Part shown: positions 1 to 12,469 of the stretch, one piece after another
Layout: each line of letters begins with the position of its first letter
Position numbering within the stretch: the first letter of the stretch is position 1
Assembly: GCF_033026475.1 (NCBI RefSeq)
Contig: NC_090210.1
Coordinates: 20,187,894-20,245,499 of the forward strand
Direction: 5' to 3'
Origin: Channa argus
Lineage: Eukaryota
Length of the DNA stretch: 57,606 nucleotides
The notes under the pieces: model-generated
What the model was told of the DNA's origin: nothing
What the model saw: the letters and a program-made list of their open reading frames with translations, nothing else
The model's database searches: none
Program-made: the position numbers and the translations under genes

Positions 1-176
1 TTAGTCATTATCAAATTACACGGGACAACTATTGGTCGTTTGACCTAAAAGGAAAGTCAGTGAGGAAAACAGAAATTGGACTTTTGAAGCAATAATTATT
101 GCTTCAAAAGGCTTTTACTCATTTTTAAAAATATACCCCTGCTTTGTAGAGGAACTCTCTTAGTACTCGAGCGTAC

Positions 177-377
177 CTGTGTGGCCGTCTGAGCAGTGGG
201 CAGTGATGATCTGGTCTTTGTTGCCGTCCGGGAGATCCTTGTACCAGGTGACCTGCACCACCTTCTCATCCCCCTCCGTCCGGTAATGACAGGGCAGCCT
301 GGTCTGACTCTCTGCCAGAGAGCGCAGGGAGGTGTTGAGCTCAAGAGGCTCCACAAAGTCGCCTTTCACACAGACCG
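177..377 (-). CDS. Internal exon of an Ig-like V-set domain, partial IgSF gene; encodes ...VKGDFVEPLELNTSLRSLAESQTRLPCHYRTEGDEKVVQVTWYKDLPDGNKDQIITAHCSDGHTG. Rest of gene lies beyond window start
   Basis: ORF 160..369(-) carries the B-strand Cys (LPCHY) and C-strand Trp (VTWYK) about 15 aa apart, typical of IgV. AG acceptor at 378-379 and GT donor at 175-176. Confidence 0.45.
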
Positions 378-1944
378 CTGAGGAGGGTAATCAAGGCAGA
401 AGTTGAGGGATTTAAAGATTTAGGACACATGTGGAGAGCAGTGAGCTGTCAAATGCCTAAACTATTGTGAAATTGATAAGAAGGTCAAATGATCAAACAC
501 AATTGTAATAATTAACTTCCAGTCAACAGACAAGTAAAAACACCAAAACATTGCTGAACTGGGGATGGTTTCCAATAGCTGGTTGAAATCAGGATCCAGT
601 TCCAAGTTGAAAAAAGGACCTAGATTTGTTAAATTCTGCCGTGAAACAAATCCCTCATTGAACCTTACGTTCATTTTGAGTGACCCTCCATGAAGACGGC
701 CGTGTGGCAACACTTCAACGTTTATGGGAAGATACTCACGGCAAAGAGGAGACGATGAGTCCTTTGCTTTAACATGTCAGTACTGTTCATCATGTAAAAG
801 AAAGAACGTGTGGATAACAAATTTCAGCCAGGACCAAAGTGGTGAAATGAACAACTGACCATTAGTGACGTCACTCGAGTCATGACACTAGTGTGTCTAC
901 AAACAAGAGCTGAGAAATTCGTAATTTTTAAAATTAAATCCACACAAGATTTTTACATTGCAAAGCTGCAGTTAATAATAAATAAATAAACCTCCAACCT
1001 CCAGTGGGTCAAGCTAATTCACCTCCTACCCAGCAGACATCGCTGGTCAAAGGCTTGGAGAGCATCAGTCCGTACAAACACAAAATAAAAGAAATAAATT
1101 ACTCAGGCAGAGTTTTTAAGGAGACATGATGTCCATCAACATAGTGACGATTACTGAATTCTTCCACTTTTAGTAAGACTAAAAAAAAAACCTCTGGTGT
1201 GGCTGTAGATCATGCAAAGAGGGAAAAAAACACAGAAAAACAGCAACTGAGTGAAAATGATCTAGTTTTCATTTTATATCCTCCATCCACAAGCTTTGAT
1301 AATAGATGGATGGACAGACCGATTGAATTTCTTGGCCTGATAAAACAAAGATCTGTGCTGAAGTACGTTCTTTCTTTCAGGACTACAAAAACAGATGTTT
1401 AAATATGTAAATGGTTTCAATCATTTCATAATGGTAACTAATGTATATTCCATAACGCATTTGGCGTAACATATACCACAGACAGGTGCGTGTAGAGGCG
1501 AACACTTTCACCAAACCTGTTTGTCTGTAGACATGCAGACAACGACAAAACATGCAAACCGCACAAAGAATGGATGGGGGGGCTGAACATACGATCCGAA
1601 TCCTGTGAGGCGACGGTGCTAAAAACTTTGACAATGGTGCTAAAAGCTTGAACAATGGTACTTTTATAAAGAAAAACAAAAAATTCTCACTTTAGACGCT
1701 AAAACGTTTCCTGTTTGTTCAGGAGCTAATGTGACACAGTCGGGGGTTCACAGGATTTTCAAAATCAGTGTAATGCTACAGGACATACATCACATTTCCA
1801 GTAAATGATTCTATTGTCTCAGTCCCCATCAGTATTCAGCAAGTAATATTTAATGCTGTGATGACCAACAGGTGTCAGAACACAGTGCCTGGCAGCTTGC
1901 TTCTGAAGGTTATGACAATATTTCTAATTTGAATCTGGAACTTC

Positions 1945-2115
1945 ATCATGCAGCTGACCCGCAGAGAGCCGCTTGGGGGTTCAGGCTCTTGCCCAAGGCC
2001 ACTTCAACATATGATGGGAGGGGCCCGGGATTCAAACCACCGACCCCACATTGGTGGGCGACCGCCCTCACTCTTAAGCCAGAGCCAACCTCTTTTTACA
2101 CTATGGCATCTCTTT
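1945..2115 (-). repeat. tRNA-derived SINE copy with B-box-like GGTCGGTGGTTTGAATCCCGG and conserved tail ...GTGGCCTTGGGCAAGAGCCTGAACCCCC
   Basis: Reverse complement shows tRNA-like box B and the 'cttgggcaag...ctgaaccc' motif common in teleost SINEs. Overlaps spurious ORF 1872..2351. Confidence 0.5.
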
Positions 2116-4282
2116 ACTTTTTTTGTTGCTTTGTTGATAAAATTCACCTCCTTGCATTTTTCCATAAAATACCTTCACATATAACCATAGACACAGTTTG
2201 TTGTGGTTGCTTTAAATATATTCATATTGATGCAGAACAGCATTTTAGCCATGTTGTTTTCCTCCATCGTTATGCTTTGATTTTAGAGTCAAAACTCCGT
2301 CCGGTTTTTATGTTTCTGCATATTCACGTTTCCTTCCCGTTAGACGAGTAGTTGCAGTGGGAGGCGCTAATGTAAAAATGTTGCTTTTCACACAAACAAC
2401 TTTTTTTTTAAATTTAATTTTAATTGAATATTGACTGTTAGAACCTCAAAATTCCAGTCTTTTGCAGCTTCCGTGCAGAAAGACAGCTACCAGCTACACA
2501 GACAACTCATCTGTTCCGCCCAACAACTAAGAGTGACTAAACATTTATCACATGTGGTTGAAAGGTCTACATGAAAACCTGGGACACCGACACAAATGTG
2601 AGTGATAAGGGTGTGTGAGAGGAACGCATCATCAACGCAAACAGGGAAAACCCAGCGCTGGCCTTTGATTCCTGGGATAAATTCTTTCTTCCTCTGTGGT
2701 TACTGATTCATGAGCTAAATTAATGATTAGAAAGAAGCTGATATGGGACAGGGACTCCCACAGATAAAGTCCCACACAGTCGCCACAAGGACACACTGGC
2801 GACGCAGGCAACAGGAGAAACAGGCCTCTACACACACAGAAAGTTTGAACTTGCTCAACAAAGACCTGCAGTATATGTGACCTAATTGTGGAGAAGCAAG
2901 GACAGAGGCAGTGTTGTATGAGAGGGTTAATAAAGGGAAGGAGACAGAGGGAGATGGACCTTATGGGAGGGAAAAGTCAAAAGACAGCAGAGTTTAGAAT
3001 GGACGTCAAGAGAGACACACATCAAAATGTAAGAAAGAGTTAAGCACAAACACTTTGACAAACATGGGTTCACCCCAACGTCACAACGCTGCTATTCAAG
3101 CTTTTCCTGTTCACTCTGACTGGCAGCGACTTTATCACACCTGTGGTTGCAGTTAAAAATAATAGTAGTCTAATACAGAACAAGCATTTGCTGGAGCGGC
3201 TGTGAGTTTTCATAGGTGGTCACAGCTTAATCTCAACAAAAGAAACAAAAACAGCCAAGTGGTTTTGGAAAGGAAAAAAAAAAAAGTCACGAAAACAGGA
3301 AGGCAGAGGTTGGGCCATGACTTCTAATTCATGTTGACTAAGAGTGAGAATGTGACTTGGCTACATTCTGTTATGGCTTGTCTTTGTCCACACCTGCAAA
3401 AAGATAAATTACTTCGCCAAAAAATATGTGGACGTGCAAACTTTACACCCATATGCAACAGTTGGTTGTCCAGAAAAATGGGCTTTTGTTTTTTGCTACA
3501 GGGACGGACTCCCATTCAAACACGAGGGAGGTCCAGCACGGATGTTGCTGATCCAGTTCGTCCCAAACGTGTTGGATGGAGTTGAGACTCCGAAGTCCTT
3601 CCACGAAAAAACTGGGGAAACACTGGTTTTGTGCAACAAGTAATTTTATGTGAAGTGTTGCCTGCTTATGACAGGTTGTATACAGTAAACAAAGAAAAAA
3701 GAAAAAACTGCTTCATGTTCCTTATTTACTGACATTCTGAGTATTTGTTTAGCCCCAAAGAGACAAAAATATCCCATGATACACAAGAAAAAGCAAATGT
3801 TAGTCATCAATACCGTTAATGTACGAAAAAGCTTGGTGAACATTACTCTGGAAACCCTGTATGAAAATAGCTCCAATCTCAAATCAAAAATAGACTTGAT
3901 TTTTTTTTCCTTGGAAGGAGACAAAAGACCCACAAGTTACTTCGGCCTCGCTTCATGTGCTTAGAGGAAGAATATTTACACATTAAAAAAAATAATTTAA
4001 AAAAAGTAAAAACACCACCATCATCATCATATTTTAGTCCCATGGCCCGTAAAGCAGTTTGCAACTTCTGCTTTGCAAGAACGTTTTATAGCAACTTTTC
4101 GAGAGTCTCATAAAAAGCACATTTAGCCTGAGACTTTGCCTGCTGTTGTATTCATCTTTATTTTCTGTGCAACTTTGAATGAATCCAGCAAAAGGGTTTT
4201 AAATATGTGGACCACCAAAGCGTGTGTGGGGGTCACGCTCGCCTGTGGCACAGTCCTGTAAACTAATATAATACACACTCAC

Positions 4283-4334
4283 CAGTTAGAAGAAGCAGTG
4301 CCACACACTTTGCCCTTTGCCCAGTCAACTCCAT
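4283..4334 (-). CDS. Candidate first coding exon (signal peptide MELTGQRAKCVALLLLT) of the same IgSF gene
   Basis: ATG followed by a hydrophobic stretch, ending in a phase-1 gtgagt donor at 4281-4282. This is phase-compatible with the 2-nt start of the V exon at 377. Confidence 0.3.
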
Positions 4335-6875
4335 CGTGGGTCCAGAAAGAAAAGCTGAGGTTAACTTCCTTCTCTGCTGTCAAAATGCCATGTCGAGCTT
4401 ATCAATACCCGATCAACTTCAGACAGTGCAGTAAGAGCGAGGAGTCCACAGCAGCCAGGTGCAGGTGTTTCCTATTGAACTTCAATGTAATGCTTAAAAA
4501 AGGAAAATCCTCCACCACCGTCCACGCGTAACATTTAGATCAGTGCAAGTTGCACTTTTCATTTTGACTCAAAGTTGAAGTCCTCAGCAGCAACAGCAGC
4601 ACAGAAGCAAAACTCTGGAAATTGTATTCGTTGTAACAGCAAAAACAGAAAAACAAAAACAAAAAAAAAAATCGGAGTCGCGTATGAACAAACAGAAACC
4701 AGTTTGCTTGTCACGCACAGGCAGGATCACAAAACACTGGTTTGTGTCCCTACACCTGTCTGGTAGCTCCGCCCACCTCACTCCTTTTATGACGCGCGCA
4801 CCGGAGCTCACCTGAGCAGTGGAGTTAGTCTTAGTGTACTTACCTTTATACAAAAAGTCACTTTTGGGGCACACGCTCAATACTTACAGATTAATAAAGA
4901 TTGTGAAGTATTGTTTGTGTAAGTACTTGTCTAGAAGTACTCACAACAGGTAGAGTGAGCTCTTGAGGTGCTATGTCAGAAAACCAAAAACTATGTGCAT
5001 CTACCACATTCAGGTGCCCACTGAGACTTAGGGAGGAAGCTGCAGAATATTTCCACCACTGTATGAATATGAAATGGTAATTTCCTATTGCGTCAGTCCT
5101 ATAGTGTATATCAACCAAAATCAGTTTTATACATTTTTATGTAGAAGCTTAGGAACAATAAACTAGCAGATCGCTATATAAACGTTTTTGTCATTTGATA
5201 TTAGTAGCATAACATGTACTTCTGATTATAGAAATCAGATATATATATAGTCACAAGTTGAAGTGTATATAATTGTAATTTTCCCGACTGACAGGGATTA
5301 GAACACAGTTCGTTGCAGATTTCTGCGTTTGCAGCTGCGTGGCTGTGGACCAGTCAGAGCGCTGTCCACCACAGCATTTACCAGCAGGTGGTGTTAATGT
5401 TGTGGCCGATGGGTGCGTGCAGCATGCGTAACACGAATTCACGCGCATGCATTTCTCAGGAAGAGCAGAAGGCAGGTTTATTTTGTGTGAAATTTATAGA
5501 CAGCTGGGCCTCCCGAAATAACCAGTTTACATCTGATAAGATGGTCCTGTTGTTTCAGCTGTTCACCTGATGACTGATTCCAAGTTGATGCAGGTCTGCA
5601 ATTACAGCAGCCAGCAACAGAAACCTGCAGGACAGTAGCTGCAGGACACGGGGACAGGAGGACACTCTACTGCATCTTGTATCTCCAAAACAAACAATGA
5701 TGAAGTGAAACACCACTGTTGCAGTCATTCACTATGAATAGTCAATAGAAATATAATTCAGCTTTAATACTTAAAATTATACTTGATATGCTTGAGTCCC
5801 AGTTATTTAATTGCAGGCAGGAGTCAAAGTGTAATAAAAATGCAGCAATTCCAAAGCCAACAAAAAGGTTCATTCAGGTAAATTTGTTGTTGGAAAAAAA
5901 AAATCATTCACATGTTTCACGCCTGCATCTTTAGTAAGAATCAAATATGAACAGAAAGATAAAAGCATACAACTCGCGTGGTGAAGTCTTAGTGTAAATG
6001 CCTCGTGTCGTGGCTCGGTGAGAACAGCGCACAGCCGGAACGCGCAGGCTGCCGTGAAGGTTATGTTCCTATGTAAAGACGTAGGTGAGACTTGTCACAT
6101 TAAATGTTTTGCTAAGAAAGTGTTTGTGGCTATTTCAAATAAAAACATTTTGAAGTATGAAAAGATTTTTTTTTTTTATTTATTTACAGTCTGGAAATCC
6201 TGAACAATAAAGTCACTTACTTTTTGTCATATTTTTAAGTTGCACACACATTTTGGGTTTTTTCAAATGTAACCCATTTAGACTTGGATCAGTCCATTTA
6301 AGGTTCTATACAAAAATAACTAACATGTAACATTGCAATCATAAACATAGTTATTATTTTTATTATTAATGTTAATCTTTAACAAACTGACATTTTATAC
6401 ACTAAAACATAAATAAAATAACAAATGCATTTTGAATGAAAGCAATGCTCAATAATGCATTATTGCAGTCCAGTTTGGGGAAAGCTTGTCATTTCACATT
6501 CTTTCACACAAAGTTAAGTAAAGTCTTCCTAAGTGAAAAAAGGGAACGAATGAACAAGACAAATTTAAACTTCTGTTTTTTCTTGTAATGTTACACCAGC
6601 TGTGAAACTCAAGGCCTTATGCAGTCAGGACCTAATGACGCACCCATTATCAGTTGCTACATTAATCTAACAGTTTTAACATGTCATGTATGCATTGGCA
6701 AATAAAAGTAGTATCTTTACAACAAAGGAAGAAAATGTATATTGTATATTATATGTAGAAATCGTATGCACAGGCCCGCTTCAGCTTAACACATCTTAAT
6801 ATACAGTATAAAGCTTTAAGATTTCAATGTGTGTTTTTGCGCACAGCATTGTCCCTGCACCAAAGTCCTCTTTCA

Positions 6876-6944
6876 TCACACGATAGCTGGCTTCTTCTTT
6901 ACTTGAAGGGTCTCGTAGGTGTCTGCGTTGCGAGTGGTCAGACC
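6876..6944 (-). CDS. fcer1g: Fc receptor gamma chain last coding exon: GLTTRNADTYETLQVKKKPAIV*, second ITAM YxxL
   Basis: Acceptor ccggcag|GGT CTG, stop TGA at 6876-6878. Homology to human FCER1G ...[20 protein letters not shown]. Confidence 0.75.
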   Translation of the reverse strand, partial: GLTTRNADTYETLQVKKKPAIV

Positions 6945-6986
6945 CTGCCGGACACAGACAAAATAAGTAAGAGGTGAGGTTAAAAG

Positions 6987-6987
<1 letters not shown>

Positions 6988-7017
<30 letters not shown>

Positions 7018-7018
7018 C
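6988..7018. repeat. Homopolymer run C(19)A(9) inside fcer1g intron
   Basis: cccccccccccccccccccaaaaaaaaa seen directly. Confidence 0.9.
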
Positions 7019-7143
7019 CCCACTACTGATAAAATCCTGAAGCAGTATGTCAAAGTACATTTCAGCAGAACATTGCTATGAACATTTCCTGCACTGACTA
7101 AGTGTGATGTTTTTTTCCACTTCTGACAGCCAGGTAGTTGTAA

Positions 7144-7174
<31 letters not shown>

Positions 7175-7259
7175 GCTTTCTACCATTGGCTATGCTGTAA
7201 GCTGCTGCTTTTCCAACATGTGCCATTTTTTTTTTAAGCATTACAATAATAAGTCTCAC

Positions 7260-7289
7260 CGCATAGATGCCTCCATCTGCAGGCTGCTT
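7260..7289 (-). CDS. fcer1g: fcer1g micro-exon KQPADGGIYA, first ITAM tyrosine
   Basis: Acceptor cccacag|AAG CAG and donor GCG|gtgaga, phase 0/0. Together with next exon forms the ITAM YAGL-x7-YETL. Confidence 0.65.
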
Positions 7290-8144
7290 CTGTGGGATGG
7301 AAACAGAAATGATTACAAAAGGTGCTTTAGCAGCAATCACTATAAGGCGCAAGATGTTAGGTATCTGACATATCTAGTTCCTCATGACAATGAGTCACAT
7401 GGGTGCAAATATGTTTGTTATATACTAAGAATTTAGGATTAATCCAGTCATGTACTTGTACATACTAAATAAGTCAATTAACAGGAAGTGGGATATGACA
7501 CAAGTGTTCATGTCAGGAAACACTGCTGGAAACTTTGAGTGTGTACAGTGTAGTAATGTAGGTTGGTGGTCAGCTCAAGCTTACAGGAAATGATAGACTA
7601 AGGTTGCTTTTAAAGCAGAAGTACTGAATTGAAGAGCAATATACCACAAAATAAATTCAAGTATAAAGCATATTTGACTATAACAACAATCCTGTTTTTT
7701 GCCCCCCACAACAACAATAATAGGAACTTTAATGTTACCTCAGATGTATTTTTGGTTGAAGTCATCTGTCAAAAACAAATCACAAAGCCCATTTTATTCT
7801 CCTGTTCACATATTATTCATCATCAAATGTAATTAGACAACGCGGGATTTAATCTGTAACACTGCCGGTACGTTTGAGAGGAAGACTTTACTTCTAAAAG
7901 TGGCTAGCCATTAACATTAAAGACCAACGTATTGATTAGGACAATATAGAGGAAGTTGTGTATCGTGCAATCTTCATAAGTTTTTAACACATAGTTTAAA
8001 TTAAAAAAAGGAAACGTCCTAAAGTTATTCCTCTAATCTCATCTTTGTGTGTGTCTAGTTTTTTTAATATTAACACAGCGATATAACAGTTGTACAATCT
8101 TCAAAATGGTGGTGTTGATTTGTGTTGCTCCCATTTCGTCTTAC

Positions 8145-8236
8145 CCTTAGCCTGCAGTATAGGACAGTGAGAATGATGCCGTAGAGGATGAGAATCCCAT
8201 CCAGGATGTAACATATAGTCATGTCTTCAACGGCCT
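8145..8236 (-). CDS. fcer1g: fcer1g transmembrane exon ...EAVEDMTICYILDGILILYGIILTVLYCRLR
   Basis: Matches human FCER1G TM segment [24 protein letters not shown] with the conserved TM Asp. Acceptor ctttgcag|AG, donor AGG|gtaaga. Confidence 0.8.
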
Positions 8237-8387
8237 CTGCAAAGTGAAAACGGCATTGTTTTCCACAGGAAAAAATGTTACACAGCGTTACACACATATA
8301 TACTACGTTACTACGAATATTCGGTACTACAGGTACTGTAAAATCTTCCTAAAAGAGCTTTAAAAAAATCCCTCTAAACTTCCTCAC

Positions 8388-8442
8388 CAGCCCCGGTGAG
8401 ACTGCTCATCAGAAAGGCGGCGATGAGCGACGCTCGCACCAT
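8388..8442 (-). CDS. fcer1g: fcer1g first coding exon, signal peptide MVRASLIAAFLMSSLTGA
   Basis: ATG at 8440-8442(-), hydrophobic leader, donor GCT G|gtgagg in phase 1, compatible with the AG-start of the next exon. Confidence 0.65.
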
Positions 8443-11400
8443 CTTACCAAGTGGACTGCAGATAAAAGGGAGGGTCTGTTTGTTGCTGCTTCGTCGGCTG
8501 TCGGCGATGTGTCTTCAAAAACCCCTGTGAAGTGAGATCTGTGAGCAGCAGGGAGCAGGAAGTCCGGGGCTCTCTGTCCGTTTTGAAGCTGCGAAACCAC
8601 ACGCCTACCACGCTACCATCCTCCCCTCAGAGAAGTTCCTCTAAAAGTCTTGTGAAAAACACTCTGCTGCTCTGCTTTGGTTATAATTTCTCACATCCAC
8701 CGACATGCAGCTTTCAACACGATTAATGGGAACAGAAAAGAAAATATGTAACAGAAAGTGGAACCTGTCTGCAACTTGGTCACACACAGACGGTCAGACG
8801 GGCATTTCCAAGTACATATTTTTCAAATAGCTTCAGCTGCTCCAACTTTGCTCACTTCAGAATAAGTGACAAAAAGAAAACATATAAGGAATAAAAGGTT
8901 TAATTATTGAAAATGCCTAACACACTATACAAGCTACAGTTACCAAAAGCAAGAAAATACAAGACAAATCTACATTGTTTTTTTTGTTGGTTTTTTTGTT
9001 TGTTTTTTTACAAGCCACTTGTTTTTGAAGTAAAAACATTCAGAAAATTGCATCATCATAACTTAGGCACCTTAAGATGATACAAATCAAGCCATTATAA
9101 AAAATGTTGGGGAGCTTGAAATAACTTTAGCATGCATTTAAAAAAAAAAAAAAAAAAAAAAAAAGCATCTCATTTTGATAACTGATAAAATGTCACACAC
9201 ATTTGGACTTTTTTTTAAAATGTAAAGGGCTTCTTTTAAAATCACGTTTTCACTGGAAAGAAAAGCAAACAGTCGTGTTGAGGCTCAACATACTGCAGGG
9301 AGACACAACAGGGCCCATCATCAACATCCGACGAGTGACAGCATTTACAGTTAAAAAAAAAAAAAAAAACACAAGTCAGGATGAGGACAGATGTGGCCCC
9401 AGGCTGCTCCTCCACATCTGGAAAGTAAGGCTGAGGGCAGGATGGAGGGCAGTGTGTTCACTGCACTTGTTTCAGCTCGTGGCGCAAGGCGAGGTGGTGA
9501 TACGCTACTGCTGCAGAGGGGATGTACAATCACACGTCTGGTTTGGGATTTTTATAGAAACGCATACATTATTTTTAAAAACCTTAACAAGTGAGTTCAT
9601 AGGTTAACTGCAGCTGCCTATTTAGTGCAGATTGCATCATGTGAACAGCTTAAAAAATAATAATAAAAAGAAATAAAAGTAGACTCATTAACACCCAGTA
9701 TTAACACACAATTATGTGGATTACAGGCCTGTGTATTCACTCCTGTATTAAAAAGTGATTTATATAATTTCTACTCATGCCATGATCTAAGGCTTCAGCT
9801 CGAGTTCTTATTTCACTTGTTTCCAAAGCTGTCGTTTACATCTTGTGGCCTGGAGTTGGTTTAGTTGTTATTGCGCAATACATATAGAATTTAGGTCACA
9901 TGCTAGCAGGAAGTCATTAGTGCAGATTTTTATCCCTGTCTCAAGTATTGGGTGTGGGAGGTTGTAAAGCTCCACTAAAGCACTAGGGATCACAAGGAAA
10001 ACAGCTAAACTTTACTGTAATTAATAGTGTGTCGATTACAGTCTCAGGTATTGATTTTTATAAAATAAAAAAAATAAAAAAATTTTTTTAAAAATCCTCA
10101 AATCAAAAATACAAAGATATTTAAATTAAAATAGTACAAAAATAGATAAAAGCAACAATTAATCATAGTTGGAATAATTAACTCACTATTTTGGCATTTT
10201 TGCTTTGAGACATAATTTCTCAAAAGTAGATTAAAAAACAAAAAAAAAAGTGTGTCAATCAACAAACTGATTAACTTGTTAAACAGTTCATTATAGACAA
10301 CTGAGCAACTCCAGGCACTAATGAAGGCCATGAGATGTGCTTGAAAGCTTTGGCAACATAAAACATTCGGACGCGAACATTTTGTGGCTGGAGATTCCAA
10401 GATCAACAACGAACCTTCGTGCTGCTTATTTCTTTTAGTAACATTTTGATCAGAGTTGTGCTTGGAAATATAGGAAATCTGTGCAGATATTTTTGCCGCC
10501 TGCATTAAACAGTACATCTCGTCTCTAAAGTCAACAAATGTCCTAAATAGACAAAGACAACAATGAATTGATCCCATTAACGAGTACTTATTCCTCTTTG
10601 CTGTAGAGTTTTCATTAAAGACATAAATAGCAAGCCACAGAATGACGCGTTCCTTCAATAGATGAGCATGTGGTTTGTTTTATCTTGATCAACATGAACT
10701 AGTCCAACTGCCAGAAACATGATATACTCATCTACTAAAAATGGTTTGCTACAACCTACAGTGTTTTAGCAGTTTTAGGAAATTGCGGTGTTTAAAAAAA
10801 AATTCGCTCTCTCTCTCTTAATATATATATTTATAGTTTGCTTTAACATCCTCATCCAAATAAGAATTGTATGTTAACACGAGGAGCTAATGCAGTCGGT
10901 AAGAGCAGTAACTTTAATCAATGAAATACCAGTGTAGAATAAAACTAGAGCTGCATATTAGACAATCACCCCCATACAGAATCTGGAGTTGAAACTATGT
11001 AGGAATGTACATCCAGATAAAAACATTTTGACCTTGAAAAAAGAAAAATGATGTATTATTCAATTCACATAATGCTACATTCTGTAGGTTTACTTAAAAA
11101 AAAAAAAGTCACCCTCTAATAAAAAACAGTTCTCAAACAAATCAATTCAGTGACAGGGAACCAAAAGGCAGTGGTACAGCAGCGTTATAGTCAGAGCTGA
11201 GCTCCACTTGGTCTGTTTTTAAGACCCCAGACAAAGGAAGTGACAAATGTGATGTAATCCTTCCCTCTTCTAGTGTTCACGTATTGAGTCAGCACAGTAA
11301 AGTAGTCCAGTGGTTACATTTAAAGAAGAACCAAAAAGGCAAATGTCCCCTTTAGAAAAAAAGGGAATTTTAAAGTGTGCTGTAAAGACACAACAACACA

Positions 11401-11673
11401 GGAAAGAAAAAGTCAAGGCATCTGTTTATTTCCAGATTTAGACAATCGTTTAGCTGATCACAGCTGATGCCAGAGCATCTGTGATAATCATAAAAGACAA
11501 GTGTGCAACAAAAAAATGTGACACCTATCTGCTCGAAAGCGTCTTTTGTCACACACACGGGGTGGGGGGGGTGGGGGGTAACGTTTAGACAAGAGTGGAC
11601 CACAAAGTCTCCACGTGTCCCACCACATCAGTGATCCAGAGGGCAGAGAGAGGACACAGTTTAGGAGATGTGC

Positions 11674-11934
11674 TCACACGGAGGTCTCGGACTGCAGCCT
11701 CATGACAAACTTGTGGCTCTTTGGATCGATGAACTCCTCACCGAGCCGCAGGAAGGGAAGCGGTATCACCGTGACCACCAGGGAGAAGTCCAGGCGTCGC
11801 AGGGAGAAAACCAGACCTTGGCGCAGGGCTGAGGTCACGGGCTCCTCGCTCACCAGAGTCCACTGGCGCCCCCTGCCGTTCTGCTGCTGGTACTGCATGG
11901 TGGGGCCGGGGGTGAGGTATCGCTCCAGGAAAGC
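11674..11934 (-). CDS. vangl2: Vangl2 last coding exon AFLERYLTPGPT...FIDPKSHKFVMRLQSETSV* with PDZ-binding ETSV
   Basis: ORF 11674..12066(-). Acceptor ctcctccag|GCT. C-terminus matches VANGL1/2 (…VDPKSHKFVMRLQSETSV). Confidence 0.9.
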   Translation of the reverse strand, partial: AFLERYLTPGPTMQYQQQNGRGRQWTLVSEEPVTSALRQGLVFSLRRLDFSLVVTVIPLPFLRLGEEFIDPKSHKFVMRLQSETSV

Positions 11935-12225
11935 CTGGAGGAGAGTTATCATGGAGTAAGTTTTTGTTTCTGTGTTCATACTGATGTACATGCAGTAATG
12001 TGAGAACAGCTCTGTTCTTTTTTCCCAGGACCAGAAACAGAAGTACAAACGTGGGTAAAACTGCAAGTGCTTGGCTCAAAAAGGACTCCACTGCAAGTAG
12101 AAGTACAACATGAATTTACACACTCTAAAAATTTACTTTAATCAGCCTCAAGAGCCACGTGTAAGTAAGGACTGTAAACGTGTCAAACAGTATATAAGAA
12201 GTAAAGAAGGTAAAGCACCTCTTAC

Positions 12226-12469
12226 CTTTGGTGTCATGTTGTGTGTGATGCAGAATTGCAGGTGTGTGAGGATGCTCTCCATGCTGTGGAAGGCCTGCTG
12301 CCGGGTCGTCCTCAGGTATTTCTGCATGGCTCGGGCCATTGGGGCGAAGATGGCCTGAGCCGCCTCCCGAGGATCCATCACCTCTCTGGGGTGCTTGGGC
12401 GACGAGGCCGCCTCGTCCTCGTGGAGACGCTTGATGTGAGTGAAGGCCTCTTCCACTGCCACGACCAAC
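12226..12469 (-). CDS. vangl2: Vangl2 exon (R)[15 protein letters not shown]...CITHNMTPK
   Basis: ORF 12148..12468(-). Acceptor ttccag|G TTG, donor AAG|gtaag at 12224-12225. Confidence 0.85.

Noticed and set aside
1872-2351. 159-aa plus-strand ORF
   Set aside because: Built on a tRNA-derived SINE copy. No protein-like composition beyond the repeat
10098-10658. 186-aa minus-strand ORF, second-longest ORF in the window
   Set aside because: Extremely AT-rich and low complexity (runs of F/L/N/K). No homology. Lies in the vangl2 3'UTR/intergenic zone
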